This document shows positions 10,941-24,166 of a stretch of 64,000 nt of DNA, piece after piece. How positions within the stretch are numbered: the first letter of the stretch is position 1; the number at the start of each line of letters is the position of its first letter. The translations under genes were made by a program, and so were the position numbers. Source of the stretch: Octopus sinensis (lineage: Eukaryota). The stretch covers positions 56,017 through 120,016 of the forward strand of contig NW_021833009.1 of NCBI RefSeq assembly GCF_006345805.1, read 5' to 3'. The notes below the pieces were generated by a model that saw only the letters and a list, made by a program, of their open reading frames with translations, was not told the origin of the DNA and did no database searches.

Positions 10941-13446
10941 TTGTTGACTTTTCTTAGTAGTTTGACCCTTTATTTCTTAATTGAAGAAAAAAAATTACCA
11001 ATTCTAGGTTTTCTTGATCGCTCTAAGGACTAGATCGGCAAGCATCATCCGAGATACTTACTAGAGATCTTTTTGTGCATGAATACAAAAGATCCGCTTC
11101 AAGGAAGTCAAACACTGTTATCAGAAATATTTTCTAAAGATAACCCAACCTGGGAATTCTTTCCAATTTGTTTTGATAGAATATTCCTAGTTGAATAAAC
11201 TCCCCTATTCAGGACGTAAATATTTTTAAATGGTTTATCAATTCGAATATTATGGAATTGCATATATAAATTTATTCTTCATTACTTGATCTACCCAACT
11301 CATACCAATTCGAAATCCTTTTATCAGATGCTTTAAAATTTACAATCAAGTGCCAGTGATAAAACATACTTTATATGTTTTCTGGCAACAATATAGGACA
11401 TTGCACGCCGCCAAACATTCAAAGTATATCTTCCTAATCATTCCTGTATCGCACTTGGACTTCTTCCAATTGCCTTTGTTGGATTGTAACTTTAGGAAAT
11501 ATGTTGATTTTTAAGGAATTATTTACAGTCTCGACTTTTTCGATTTTTATATTAAAAAAATTGTTTTTTCTTTTTAAAATTGAATTTCACCAAAAATTTT
11601 TAATTTTCCTAAACATAATTAATTGGATTTTGTTCCGACAAAAAAAAAGATTTGTTATAAATCTACTTATTTCTTTAAAAAATTGTTTTTTATTTTTAAA
11701 ATTGCATTTTACTTAAAAATTTTTAATTTTCCTAAACATAATTAATTGGATTTTGTTATTTTAATAAACAAAAATTAAAACTTATAAGTTGATATCCACC
11801 CAAGAGCCTCAAAAACTTCAAAACTTTTTTTCATGGACATAACAAGATTTTCTGATAATTTTTACGTATTGATTTTCAGATTGCGAATAAATAATTTTTT
11901 TAATTTTTGGATGGATTTTGAAATAATTTACTCTTCATTATCGCCTGCTGAATGCATGCTCTACTGAATTTTTTTATACATGATAATATTTTCGTTCTTA
12001 TGGAGGCAATTTGTATAACGCTAACTGATAGAATCGACGCGAGTCAAAAATCTTCCAGAAGTCTAATAAAATAAACTCAATTTTTAACCGTCTCTATTAA
12101 AATAGCAGCCCCATCCACTATCCTATAGTCCCTTGTAACAATATTTGAGATTTTCTTCCCCAATAAACTTAACTAAAAAATCATTAACTTGACTAAACTT
12201 ACCGAAATAGACCCCAAACAACGATTTCAGTTCAATGCATAACAAAGATAGTTTATTTACAAAAGATTAATCAATTAACACATTTCCTTTTGATTTAACG
12301 TCACAGTTATATGTCCCGTTAATGTCGCCTAAAAACATCTCTTTTGAACTACATTTTATTTCCAAAAGAAAATTCATCGAATAAACAATAAATCTCGGAA
12401 GTTGTTCTACAAGTTTATTCTTTAAACTCTCTCACTAAAACAACTCTCAAATTATGTGCATCGATAATTGGATAAATTTTTTTTAATGTTCACATCGTAC
12501 ATTTTACTTGGAGCAAAAAATTAATTTTATACAAGTTCGGTAATAGTATTAATCTGGAAAATATTTTTTAATTTTTACTCGTCATTCATAATGTCGGACA
12601 GAAAAAAAAAGTTGACTGAAAATTAAAATTTTTCTTGGCGAATATTTTATTTTCCTTGATAAATTTTTTATTGCTATCGGTTTCTAATTTGATCTTATTT
12701 GTAAATGCAGACTCTTCGCCAAATCTGATATTTACATTTTGAATGGTAAAACCTATAGAAATTGTCACTATCTTTAAATATAGTTTTATTTGACGTGCTT
12801 GTAATTTTTCAAATGATTCCCATTTCCACAAAAAAGGTAAGAAGTTATATTACATTCTCTCTTTTGTTAGCATGTATATACCTTTTCATGTTTTTATCAG
12901 CACTCTTCAATAAATGAGCGAGAACACAGTACACTGCTTCATTTCCTTGAAAACAGTTTTATATTTTCACAGATGTCGTCTGACTCTTATTTTTACATTC
13001 TCTTTCAAAGCAGTTACAACTAAAAACAACTTTTATGATTAAATTTAATCAGGTTTTCAAACTTTTTCTGAAATTGATATTATCCAACTTGTTAGAGTTT
13101 GTTAGTTATTGCTCGTAAATACTTCTGTATTGTTGATCGTTTACTTCCTAATAAATTCAATAATCCTTAATTTTACATGTTAGACGTAATTATCCATAAT
13201 AATTATTTCCATCAATGTGGTTAGACAAAAAAAGCTGCCGATCATTTGAATCATGCTAAATATAATTGCAGTTCATATAAGAACTTTAAATGCGAGTGTC
13301 AGTAGAGAAATTCCACAAATAGATCTACTTGTTTGCGAACCTGCGTAGAAGTCAAATAATACCTATTGTATTGGCATGGAAGAGGATAAAAACCAAATTA
13401 TATAAATCTTATCTGCGAAGATTAAATAGTGATATTCCATCCAAAG

Positions 13447-14741
13447 CAGAGGTTCCCAAGCTTTTCTTTACACGCCTTCCTTAGAAAAAATGTACAATCT
13501 TGCGCCTCCCTTTATATTCCATGATATAATACAATTATTATTATATCAAAAACAATTTTTTAATACAAAAAGTTAGTGAGATAATTTTTTTTCCATCTTG
13601 GGGGAAAATTTTTGAAATTTTGGTGTCATTGAAGAGAGTGCTTTATTCGACAAAATTTCATATTCCGTACTTACATTCGACCAAAAATAAATTAGCGGTT
13701 CTCTCTCAAATTTTTGTTTCAATAATATATCACACGACAATTCTTCAAAAGTTGTCAAATCATTATCTTCTTCATCAATTAATGGATTCTGTATCCATTC
13801 GAACGTTTTACAGTCGAGATCTTTAAAATAATAAGCAAAATTCATCAACAAACAATCCAAATGTTAGGTAATATGTCTTTGTTTGCTTCTATGTTCACTA
13901 TGGCGCAGGAGGTATTTAAAAGTACACACATGCAATAGATATTTTTTGTAAATTTGATTTCCATAATACCAATTTTTTCATAAATGCTTTTATTTTCTCC
14001 TTTTGAGCGAATAAATGTAGTTGTGGTCCCTGCATTGATTTATTCAATATTCTCAATTTCCCAAAAATGTCAACCAAATAGGCAAATTTGACAACAAAAT
14101 GATCATCCCTGAACAATTTTGCATCTTCAATATCATTTTCATCAAAAAAACTCCGAACAAGTCATGATTTTCATCGAGATATCAAGAGTTAAAATAATCC
14201 TGTAGAAACTTTGTACGATGTTAGTAAAGCATTTGATGAGGCAGAAACAAGTTTTTTAACGATTTCGTTTGATTATCAAACTCTTCTTATTTTCTTTTAA
14301 AAAATTCTTCGGACTTATGGACATATTCAGAATGTATCGTTTCAAAATGTCTTCTTAATTTGCATGGCCTCATACTATCTGCTGCAAGTGTTTTGAGACA
14401 CTCAGAGGGTTTTTCCAAGGAATCAACAATGATACGTGTGAATCCTAACAATGAGTAAGATGGACAGTATTTTGATGTCTTTGGAGTGGTATTAATTATA
14501 TCCCAATCATTTTGACTATTTGAACCATTTTTCTTTTGCAACCACTCAAGAATTTATCCATGTGATAAATTTTTGAACAAATATTATTTTTAAATTGATA
14601 AAACTTATTATCGGAATATAATCACGATTTTTAATATAGATTTAATTTTCTAAAAAATGTTTCTGATATGCTTTCCGCGCATCCCTTGATACGAATCAGC
14701 GCCTCCCTAGGGAGCCGCGCCTCACCATTTAGAAACCTCTC
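13447..14741 (-). mobile_element. Internally deleted hAT (Buster/Charlie-like) transposon
   Basis: TIRs CAGAGGTTCCCAA / TTAGAAACCTCTC; near-TSD atccaaag vs atccaacg (7/8); peptides SMRPCKLRRHFETIH, AYLVDIFGKL..MQG, FWSNVSTEYEILSNKAL. Confidence 0.85.
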
Positions 14742-15120
14742 ATCCAACGCATACTTGTCATAGAAATCTATGAGATTTCTTATTTGAAAATATGACTTTA
14801 TTTTTAGCATTAGATAATATTTTGCTACATATATGATAGGAAACGAACTTTAATTATTATGTTGCCAAAGTGAAAATAATCCCTGCTGTGTTTAAATGTG
14901 AAGAATTGTCTCAAAGTACTCCTATATACACATCTTGGCATAACAAAAAAACCAGGGAATATACCTAGTGGAGTGTTTTAACGTCGTCCTTACAGATCAC
15001 AAGTGGTAGAAAAATATTCGTTGATGTTTATATTCAATCTCAAAGCGGGGTGTTTGTATAGTAATTTGATATATTTTTAAGAAATTGGTTTAATAATTTA
15101 GATTAGACGAGTGTGAAAAG

Positions 15121-16406
15121 TCAATTGACATCAATACCAATAGCCTGTTCAATACTACTAAAACCATCCGATCTAATGATATAAACACGCCATATAACCT
15201 CAATAGGACATCCAACTCCCTATTAATAGTCTCAATGACAGGAGGCCCGTAGTACACCAGAGCAGTATAAATCTGAACAAGACTGGCCCCATGTCTAATC
15301 CTCTCGTAGGCATCTGCCCCGTCCATAATCCCCCCCACAGCAATCAATTTAATTTCCCTTCCCAGTAGTCTATACATCTCAGACAATACATCCAGTGACA
15401 GTTGCCCGAGAGCCCTCCCACTCAACCCACCTGCCTCCTCCCACTGGACATCCCCCCTCACCTGCGGAGGTCGAGATCTGGTAGTATTGCCCACCACAAT
15501 GCCATCAATCTAACATGCCCAACTATTCTCTAACATTCGATTGCAGTGCTATCCTGGCTATTTGTTTCATTTCCTCTCTACACAAGTCTGGGGATATCTT
15601 GAGCCAAATAGGGACCACCCTGTCCTCCACCAAGGAGTCACGTTCCTTGACCACCTATGGACTACTCAGGTGACAGTACACCGCCTGCAAGACAGTCATC
15701 AAGTCCTCGGAAGTGGAGGAATCAGTCACATTAGGACATGATATATTGAGGACGATATAGTCCGCCCTGTCCACAAATTGACGGAGACAGGTTATCAAGT
15801 CAGACTGAAGTGAGGAGGGCATTTCGTTGTTTTTGCAGACGTTGACTCCGACATATCCCTTCTCTACGGTAAACACAGGATGGGACTGTTTGGGTGGTGT
15901 GATTGTAGTCGATCGGCCAAAGCTTGAGCACCGTCGTTGGGGAGTCCGTATCTGAGTGACTCGTTATTTTTACCGGTTTATGACGGACTCGGACTTGGGG
16001 AGTCGAAATATCCTTGGTTTGGGGTTGCCGCGTTGAGGGAGGGGGGTCACACTCCCAACTTCCACAAAGGAAAACCCCCAGTTGAGAAGCCCGTCGATTG
16101 CCTCCCCGTTTTTGTCAAATCCTGCAGCCAATCCGAGAGGACTGTCAAATTGGGTACCCCACAGTGACAATTTCTGGTGATTGTGTGAATATTGAGTACA
16201 AGCGTGTCCTTGGGAGTGCTCGAATGTAATAGTCCTGTCGAGGCTAATCGAATGGCCAGTCTATGACTGGTCTCTGGTTCCAGTATTTTGCTCAAACAAG
16301 GCATTAGGAGTCCTCGGTAGAACTTTGGGTTGTTTGTGTAAATTCCGTGAAGACAGAACATTCCGACAGCCCCTCCAAATACAAAAAGTAGGGATCTCTG
16401 TACCAT
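15121..16406 (-). CDS. DHODH: Dihydroorotate dehydrogenase, class 2 (mitochondrial, quinone-type), multi-exon
   Basis: N-terminal hydrophobic anchor, [70 protein letters not shown]; ends AIGIDVN-TGA. Confidence 0.95.
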
Positions 16407-16454
16407 CTCACTAGAATATATAGTGAGAATAATATTGATTAGAATTAGTAAATG

Positions 16455-17252
16455 TTATTTAACTTCAATTGTAGAATATGCTTGAATGGTTAGATAGGAG
16501 GCGGAGAGCATCATGAGGAGGAGTCCACAACAAATGGCAATGATTGTGGCAAGAGTGACCCCTCCATATTGTCTAACCAAATTCACCAACCTCCCCAGAC
16601 ACCCCACATTAGCATTCGACACATACAAATTGTGGTTTTCCGTGCATTCAGTCAGGAGGGTCTTGTCCTCCGTGGAACAACAACTCGCAGGCAAAATGGC
16701 AAGAGGGGAGTAGCGGACAGTCCAGCTGGTGGTTTGGTTAAAGTCAGTGTAGTTCATTACTCCACAACATTTCAAATTGGACTGCAAAAAGTCCCAGGCC
16801 TTGGTGAAAATGTGAGAGGAGTCCCCCGTGTAGCGTTCTTGGAGACTATTTTGGAGAAAGTGTTTGATTTGAGCCACCACCTCGGTCTCGTAGACGGCCA
16901 GGAGGATAGTGGAGATGACCACAAACATTAAAATGACAAACAGCAATAAGGAATAGACGAGGAGGATCACTCGGTTGCCTTTGAGTGTCCCCAGAATGCC
17001 CAATAGACAGACCCCCGTGATGAAGAGGCCCACGGATATGAGCACGTAGGCGAATTGGGTGTACAGCATTTTTAGGTCTTCCAGGGAGGGGTCGGATTTG
17101 TAGGTCACCAGTATTTCGTCCGCCCCGAACGTGGTCAGGAAATGACGGGGATCCCCCAATAACCAAATCCCGGAAGACAGGAGGACCACTCCAAGGAGGA
17201 GGAACAGGGAATTGAACAGTAGTAGCACAGTTTTGGTGTGTGTTTGCAGCAT
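16455..17252 (-). CDS. Tetraspanin, single exon, 265 aa
   Basis: Four hydrophobic segments; large extracellular loop with CCG and PASCC motifs. Confidence 0.92.
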   Translation of the reverse strand: MLQTHTKTVLLLFNSLFLLLGVVLLSSGIWLLGDPRHFLTTFGADEILVTYKSDPSLEDLKMLYTQFAYVLISVGLFITGVCLLGILGTLKGNRVILLVYSLLLFVILMFVVISTILLAVYETEVVAQIKHFLQNSLQERYTGDSSHIFTKAWDFLQSNLKCCGVMNYTDFNQTTSWTVRYSPLAILPASCCSTEDKTLLTECTENHNLYVSNANVGCLGRLVNLVRQYGGVTLATIIAICCGLLLMMLSASYLTIQAYSTIEVK

Positions 17253-17549
17253 AGACAGCGTGTGAGTATTGAATAATATTAGTTAAACTTGTCCAGATTA
17301 AACATCTGCTTATAACACTGCGCATGACATACTTCAAATCTGCTTTCTATTGATTGACTTGCCCCTTCTGGGATATTAAACAGTGGTCCCTATATCAACA
17401 AGACTGGGGCATTTTTATTGGTTGTTTTGAGTGAAAATAATTGAAGGGTTAGTAGGAGGCCATGTCCCGAGTGGGCTTAAATATAATGAAAAGTGGCTAC
17501 TCGTTTGGACTGACTGGAGACCGAGTTGAGCCTACGAGCCTCCCAGTCC

Positions 17550-20500
17550 TCATTGGTCGAGTAAATCTAATTGAGTGAACGTGCATACATTTTCCAAATC
17601 ATTCAATTTACAACGAATTCTGTGAAGGTGGTGGATGGACTGTTCTCTGCCCTCCTTAATGGACAGTCCACACTCACTTATCCTCTCACACACGTCCTGG
17701 AAGGCAATCTCCTCACATGCCCGCAGTTGACTGTCCTCCAGTTGCCACTCTGCCACACCTCACTACACAATCCTACCCAGACTGGCAATCCTACTGTCCT
17801 ACAAATGTGAGCAATGCCTACTAGTTGGTCCAATTGGCGTGTTTTTATATATATTTGGTCGAACAGACTACTCAGTCGTTGGTCATACTTTTCATATTCC
17901 TCCCGGATGATGTCACATGTCCGACGTCCCTCCATCACCTGTGTCTCCATATTGAGCATCTCCTCCTCATATTCATCACGCAGGTCTCCCAGTTGTGCAC
18001 ATTTCTACCCTCTCACTACACTACTCACATTCCTCAGCATTAACACTTGCTCCTCCAAAACACACTTTTGTTGACTGAGTGTCCCCACTTGCCCACTCTG
18101 AGTATCCTCCCTCCTCTCCACTCCCTCCTTCATGGCCTGCTGGGATCGAATGTTGTCCAGGACTGTCAATTCTCCTTTCTCCCTCTCATTTATTACTTTA
18201 TTTATTATACCATCAATTCTTGCATTTCTCTCTCACCTTCCTTCCTTTCTGACTCCAGAACTGCCAACTCCTCCTCTTTTAGGGATACTTTCGACTGGAG
18301 ATCTCCCAGTTTTGAGGTCTCCTTCTCTATTCTCAGGAGAAGGTCCTCGTGTGTCTGTCGAGAGTTGGCCAGGTTCTCGTTATTTGCCTTGATTTGGTTA
18401 CATCTTGTACTTTTAGGTCACATTGGCTGTTTTCTAGTCTAATTTGCAGTTGGGTGAGTGATTTGGTGAGTTGTGAGACACGGTCTTCATTTTGAGCCAC
18501 GATTAGGTCGTAGTCGTGTTCCATTGAGACTCGACTCGACTTGAGAGTTCTCATCGTCTCCTCCTCGTTTGAGATCTGCAGGATTAGAGGACATTTTGGA
18601 CAGTTTCTTCGAGTTGTTTCAAATGTATAGTCCGTTCTAATATGACTCCATCGAGGTCTTCCAAGTTGGTATAACTCTTCAGGGTACGTTCTGATATTTC
18701 ACTGGCCTCGGTCTTTAGGCTAAGGATCCTTGGATTTAATAAAAGGGTCGATTACGTTTGTCCCACGTGATCACAGTCGGAGACCAAGTTGTCATATTCT
18801 TTATTTTTTTTCTTGATAATCTATAATATTTTTTAAATAAATATATTAAATAATTAATTGACGTTGATATATATTAACTAAAATAATTACAACATTTATT
18901 ATTTTCTTTAATTTTTCCCGCTCATGTGTCAACTTGCTTCGATTCCCTTCCAGAACATTCTTTTGTTTCTGTGCCTCCATCAGTGCCAATGACGTCATCC
19001 TGTCTGCCTCGTTCTTCTGAAACCGCAATTGATTGTCCCTGCTGGTCAGGAGGTCCATCTGAGCCTCCTGCTTGATCTTGGCTTCCTCCATTTCCCTCAT
19101 CTAACAGGTCCTGGCCAGACTTAGCCACCTGTGTGTTCTGCCGTTCAATAAAATGTTCATTTTTGACTATTTTTTCCTCAATTGACTTTAATTCGTTCAT
19201 TTTATGTGCAAGCGAGTCGTTTATTTGATCAAGTTGTGTCGAAAGCCGCAGTTTCCGTTCTTCTCTGGTCCTTCACCTATTACGGCGGGCCACCAACTGG
19301 TTCGTTGACTCCTCGGCTTCCTGTGATCGGGCTTGTCCCTTAAGTCTCTCCAGTTCTTCTGAAATCTACAGTCCGTCACTCCCACTAACCTTGTTGTGTT
19401 CTGGTTTGTTACAATATAAAGTTGTGTCTAATTTATGACCAAAAAAACAGACTTTGAAGATTTTTGAAGAATTTGTCGAGAAGAAGGCAAATTTTGACTT
19501 TGTTCTAAATCGGTTACTCACAGAGAGGGACCCCTGCTTCGCGGACATCCGCCTTTTCCGTGATTATTTTGTGGAAGTCGAGATCTGCCAGTCATCGAAC
19601 ACAGACAACCACTCAGTCCCACTATTTCCAATAAATTGTCACGGAAGTCAGTCAGGTCCTTCATCTGGGTCTCCAATTCTACCATTTTTTGGGTTTTTTG
19701 GGCTTTATAATATTTTTTGGCTTACTAAGGTCGGCTTTGATTGCTTTGTTCTTTTCTTTGATGTTTGCCGCCGCTAAATCCTTCTCGTGAAGAAGGTTTT
19801 TCATTGTTAAGATTTCAGAAGATAATTCAAAGTTATTTCTTTCGGTCAATTTCTGTTTTTTATTAAAATAAATAATAAATATTTTTATGTTTTAAATTGG
19901 TTAACCTGTTCTTTTGAGATGGTCTCGATTGTGGAGTCAGTGAGGTCCCTGCGTGTCCTCAGTTTTTGGATCTCATCCTTCAGATAGTGTACCTCTCCGA
20001 GCATCAGTCGTACCTGATTGGGCCTCATTAAAGGGGAGTACCAGACTTGTCCTGCTTAGCACAGAGTCGTTTATCCGTGACTTTAATTTCTCAATTTCGG
20101 ACAAAAGTGTTTTGAGGAGTCGGTCGTTGGTGCTTATTTGTGAGTCACTCCACTCTGAGTCCGTGGGCGAGTTTGCCCCCTCCTCGAAAGAACCCTTCTA
20201 TGACGTCACTATAGTTAATGACGTCATCAATCTCTTCTTTTGGGTCAGGAGTGGTCTCTCCTCGAAGAAAGTTGACCAAATTATTTAGTCGGGTGTTTTC
20301 CTCAGCCAAATTGTGGGCATTCTTAATAAATTAATTAATTATTTAAACCGTGTTTACTTGTTTATTATCATTTATTATATTTTGTTTTTCGTTTATTTTT
20401 TGTTCGAAATTAAATAGCGTTTTCATGAGCTCATCGTTGACGTGGAGTAGTCTCCCATTTTCCTCATCCTTCTCCTGAATCTGTCCTTCCAAATGATTGA

Positions 20501-20861
20501 CAAGACACTGAAGGTGGTTGATAACACTCTCCAAATCATCCTGTGACCCCACCCCTTCACGTCACATTTCACTATCCACCTTGTTTGACCCTCATCTGCC
20601 TAATGAGGTCCCTCTCACTGCATATCCTCTCACCCACTTTAACCAAATTGGTGATTATCTCCTCTTCACTCTGCCTCAACTCAGTCAGGTCATTCTGGCT
20701 GTCCTCCCCTCCCACCAACTGGGCAATCTGCCTTCGACAGTCCTCCAGTCCAATCCTCAGCTTATCCTGAATGTCCTCCAGTTCTTCCAGGAGGAATATT
20801 TGGTGGTTGATCTCATCAGAGGTGTGCACGTCTGAGTTGTAGGAGGGACCATACCTTTCAT
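17550..20861 (-). CDS. Large coiled-coil protein of unknown identity, multi-exon
   Basis: ATG 20861 followed by a 23-nt intron; successive E/K/Q/L-rich heptad exons can be joined by short GT-AG introns (e.g. LEELEDIQDKLRIGLEDCRRQ, VRLMLGEVHYLKDEIQKLR, MEEAKIKQEAQMDLL); 3' end uncertain. Confidence 0.65.
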
Positions 20862-22105
20862 TTTTTGTGTTTTTGTCGTTATGGATATATTTGAGAGTAT
20901 TTATTGGCGTTATTAATTAATCAGGTGGGTAATTGGAGGGAATAATTAATCAGTTGGACTGTTTGCCTGTTGCTAATTAAATACATTTTATTTCAATATT
21001 AGACTTTATTTTTTATTATTTAACAAAAAATAAACACAAAATGAGAAATTAACTAATCCAATGGTCTTTGGAAATTTTTTTCGAATAACTTTTCTGATTA
21101 TTTTATTTTGACAATGCGATATCTTTGTCGACATTCATACTCAATCTTGTTTACTCCTCCGTGTGAATATTCCTGTAGAGATTTAGCTGCATTCTCCATT
21201 TCAGTTTCGTTGTACAAAGTAATGACGAGCTTCGGGTCGTGTAACTTTCATTGATTATTATTTGTTTAATTTTGAGGGGGTAAATTTGCAGTCTTCATAT
21301 TATAGAAGAATAGATAGGGAGATGAGAAGACTTTAAATAATGGTTAATTATCATTTGTTGACTGTCAATAATTGACCTAAGTTAACTTTAAGAGTATTTT
21401 TTTTTGACAATCATTGACATTGATGGATAGCTCGCAGCGCTCGAATACTATCAACGCTTATGACATATAATATTTCCATCTCATGAAATAATTTTCAAAT
21501 ATAATTAGTCAGTGTAAACTAATATTATAGGTGTTTAATGAGGGAAATGAATGTTAATTAGGCTATTAAAATCTTACCACGAACAAGTTGAAAAAGATGA
21601 TAATTATGAAAAGATTTTGAAGAAAAAATTTACCATCATTAAAATCTAAACATAGTAACAATATTAAATGGTTTTTGGGCTTTACGAGTCTAGTCCTAAG
21701 TTTTTAGGACATTTGAACTAACAGATTGCATAAACACTACTTTTTAAGTTTTTTATATTAGTTTATATGCAGAAGTGAGATTTATATTCAATCCTCTCTT
21801 GCGATTTAGTCAGCTAGCGATGCAGAGGGGAAGGAGCTGTATGGAGTGTTTCCTTTGGTTCACTTCAAGGGGTCAGCACTTAATTAGGTAATTAAATGAT
21901 TGATTAGTTTATTTGTATTTAATGTTAATAACTAAATCAATTCCTGAACATTATTCCAATCAATTGTTTTAGGAAAACCAACGGATCTTTTTGATCTCAA
22001 ACAACCTAATTATTAAAATATATTTGATTACATTCTACGAAGATGCAGAAGAAAATCACTAACAATATGATTAATCCCACATACATGTACAAAACTAAAA
22101 TTTCA

Positions 22106-23028
22106 TTAAATTAAATAAACATTTTTTTGTTCATTATTAAATTCAACTTCAATTTCTTTTGGTTTTAACCATATTACTTTTATAAAATCAGTCTCATTAA
22201 ACACTTCGTTTGACTCCTTCACATAACTATCTATGTAGTATATTTCTTGATGTTTATATGGTAGCTCAATAAACACAGTTAATGATATAACTTTCGATTT
22301 TAAATTCTCTAACACGATCGTTAAAGAATCTAAAAATAAAATAAAACATCCAACTGTTTTCGGTGTGTCCGCATAGATTGTATTCGTCGATACACACAGT
22401 GGCGGATCTAAAATTATTTGTTTTTGTTATTAAATTAAATTTTAAGAAATATTTGTGATAATAAGTAGTTTTGACTTCTGATAAAACGTGATCGAAATCT
22501 ATTTTCAATATCGTATCATATACCAAAAATATTTTTTTATATGTGTTTCTAGCCAATATCTGAATGAATACTCAACATGGTCTATATTGTATTCAATGTT
22601 TGGTTTTAAGTTTCCATGACCACTACGATTTCTCAACTATTAATTATAGATCAAAAAGTTAACTATTTCTATAGTCTCTCTCGTGCTAATTGAATCAGGT
22701 TTTTGTCTGGTAAAAATAACAGAATCCGATTCATTAATTGGTTTTCTAAATACAGCCTTTGGCAAATCTATATTAGATTTTTAAAATCTCAAACCATAAA
22801 ACCAAATTTGAAATATTCTATTTTCTATCCAGATTTTAAATCCAACAGCACCTTTCGTGTTATATGCTCTGTTTACATCTAAAAATAAAATTGTTTTTAA
22901 AAATCCTTGCCCCATAAATCAAAGGATTCAGGATCATCAATAAGTGTTCCGTTTGACAAAAAAATTAAATTTAACACATTTTCATTTAAGCGTATTACAG
23001 TTGCAAACAATAATAGTAATGCAAACAT
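22106..23028 (-). CDS. Possible AT-rich multi-exon gene or pseudogene with signal-peptide-like start, unknown function
   Basis: MFALLLLFATVIRLNENVLNLIFLSNG... then open segments separated by intron-like 24-30 nt gaps; a complete frame could not be closed. Confidence 0.35.
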
Positions 23029-23224
23029 TTCAAAGCGTTCAGGATAGCTACATTTTATAATTATTTATGGATTTTAATAACGTTTTCCTTCCTTGAAGCT
23101 CTATAAATGCTAATTTAAGAATAATGCATATTTTGGTAACTTTTAGTTAACAGTTTTGAATAATAATAATTTATTTATTAAAGCTGACAAAATATTCCGC
23201 ACTTTTGGATGAGTTTTTCGTGAT

Positions 23225-23410
23225 CCGATAGCGGTGGAGACGTCGGGTGCTCTCGGTCCAATGAGAGAAAACTTCCTCTTCAATCTCGGGGTCAAAATCT
23301 TCATGGGCAATCACGATCTTCGGGAGGTGGACTGGCTTTTCCAGCGGTTCTCGATCGCCGTTATCCGGCGGAACAGTTTGGCAATTCGTCATGCCGCTGG
23401 CCCTTCCATC
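23225..23410 (+). mobile_element. CRE-clade LINE 3' end fragment
   Basis: VETSGALGP..FLFNLGVKI..DLREVDWLFQRFSIAVIRRNS. Confidence 0.7.
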
Positions 23411-23489
23411 GATTATTTAAAAAAATTTATTTATTGTTTAGTAATTTTTAAATTTTATAAAATCTAAAATTATAGTCTAGTATAGTAGT

Positions 23490-23897
23490 TTCTGATTAGA
23501 GTGAGAAGCCCGCCCCCTCCTTTCCCTTTCCGGTCCAGCCTGATAGCCTTGTATCCCGGGAATGAAGGGGTGTGGTCATTCGGCGACAGTTTGGTTTCTT
23601 GGAGCATGGCCACGTTGATTCTCTGGTTAGTCAAGAGATTTCGGAGATCTCTGATCTTCCCTTTGATACCGTTGATGTTTAGCTGAGAGCCGTGAAGTGC
23701 TTTCTACGTCTTCGGGCTGCGGATGTCCTCCGGGAGGAGTGAGACTTAGGTAGGGTGCATCGTCCTGGGACGAAGATGTCACCAGGGGTACAAGTTTTGA
23801 TGGTTCTTTTCCGGTGGGTATTAGGTACCCCCTGAGCGTTTCCAAATACGTCTGAATTGCAAGATTCAAGCGAGTTGGTGAACCACATAACGCCACG
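23490..23897 (-). mobile_element. LINE 5' fragment: 5' leader plus start of APE endonuclease (Ingi/Vingi/I-like)
   Basis: LNINGIKGKIRDLRNLLTNQRINVAMLQETKLSPNDHTPSFPGYKAIRLDRKGKGGGGLLTL; leader homologous to 183-370 and 54632-54830. Confidence 0.75.
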
Positions 23898-24105
23898 TTG
23901 TTTAATCTTTAATCGAGTTTTTAGTTTAAAATCATATATCCGAAGTTTAAAACGTAAAATAAAATTAATTATTTTGTCATTTATTTGATTCTTTTCATGT
24001 GAACTATCTTTGTATCTCCATTCGAAAATTCTACATTAACGCGGTTATTAGGTAAGATTGATTTGATCGTGACAGTATCACAACAAGCACTTTCAAATTT
24101 TTTCA

Positions 24106-24166
24106 AACCCTAACCTTTACCCTAGCCCTAACCTTTGCCCTAACCTTTACCATAACCCTAACCCTG
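24106..24166. repeat. Degenerate interstitial telomere-like (TAACCC)n tract, about 10 hexamers
   Basis: taacct ttaccc tagccc taacct ttgccc taacct ttacca taaccc taaccc. Confidence 0.6.

Noticed and set aside
21830-21885. Minus-strand GTGCTGACCCCT..GGAAAC resembling part of U1 snRNA
   Set aside because: Only a ~12-nt match; the spacing to an ACTTACCTG-like 5' end is wrong and no Sm site or stem-loops are evident.
23695-23725. 2A-like peptide (PEDVESTSR) ahead of the LINE endonuclease, as in Ingi/Vingi elements
   Set aside because: Lacks the obligatory NPGP; only DVES matches.
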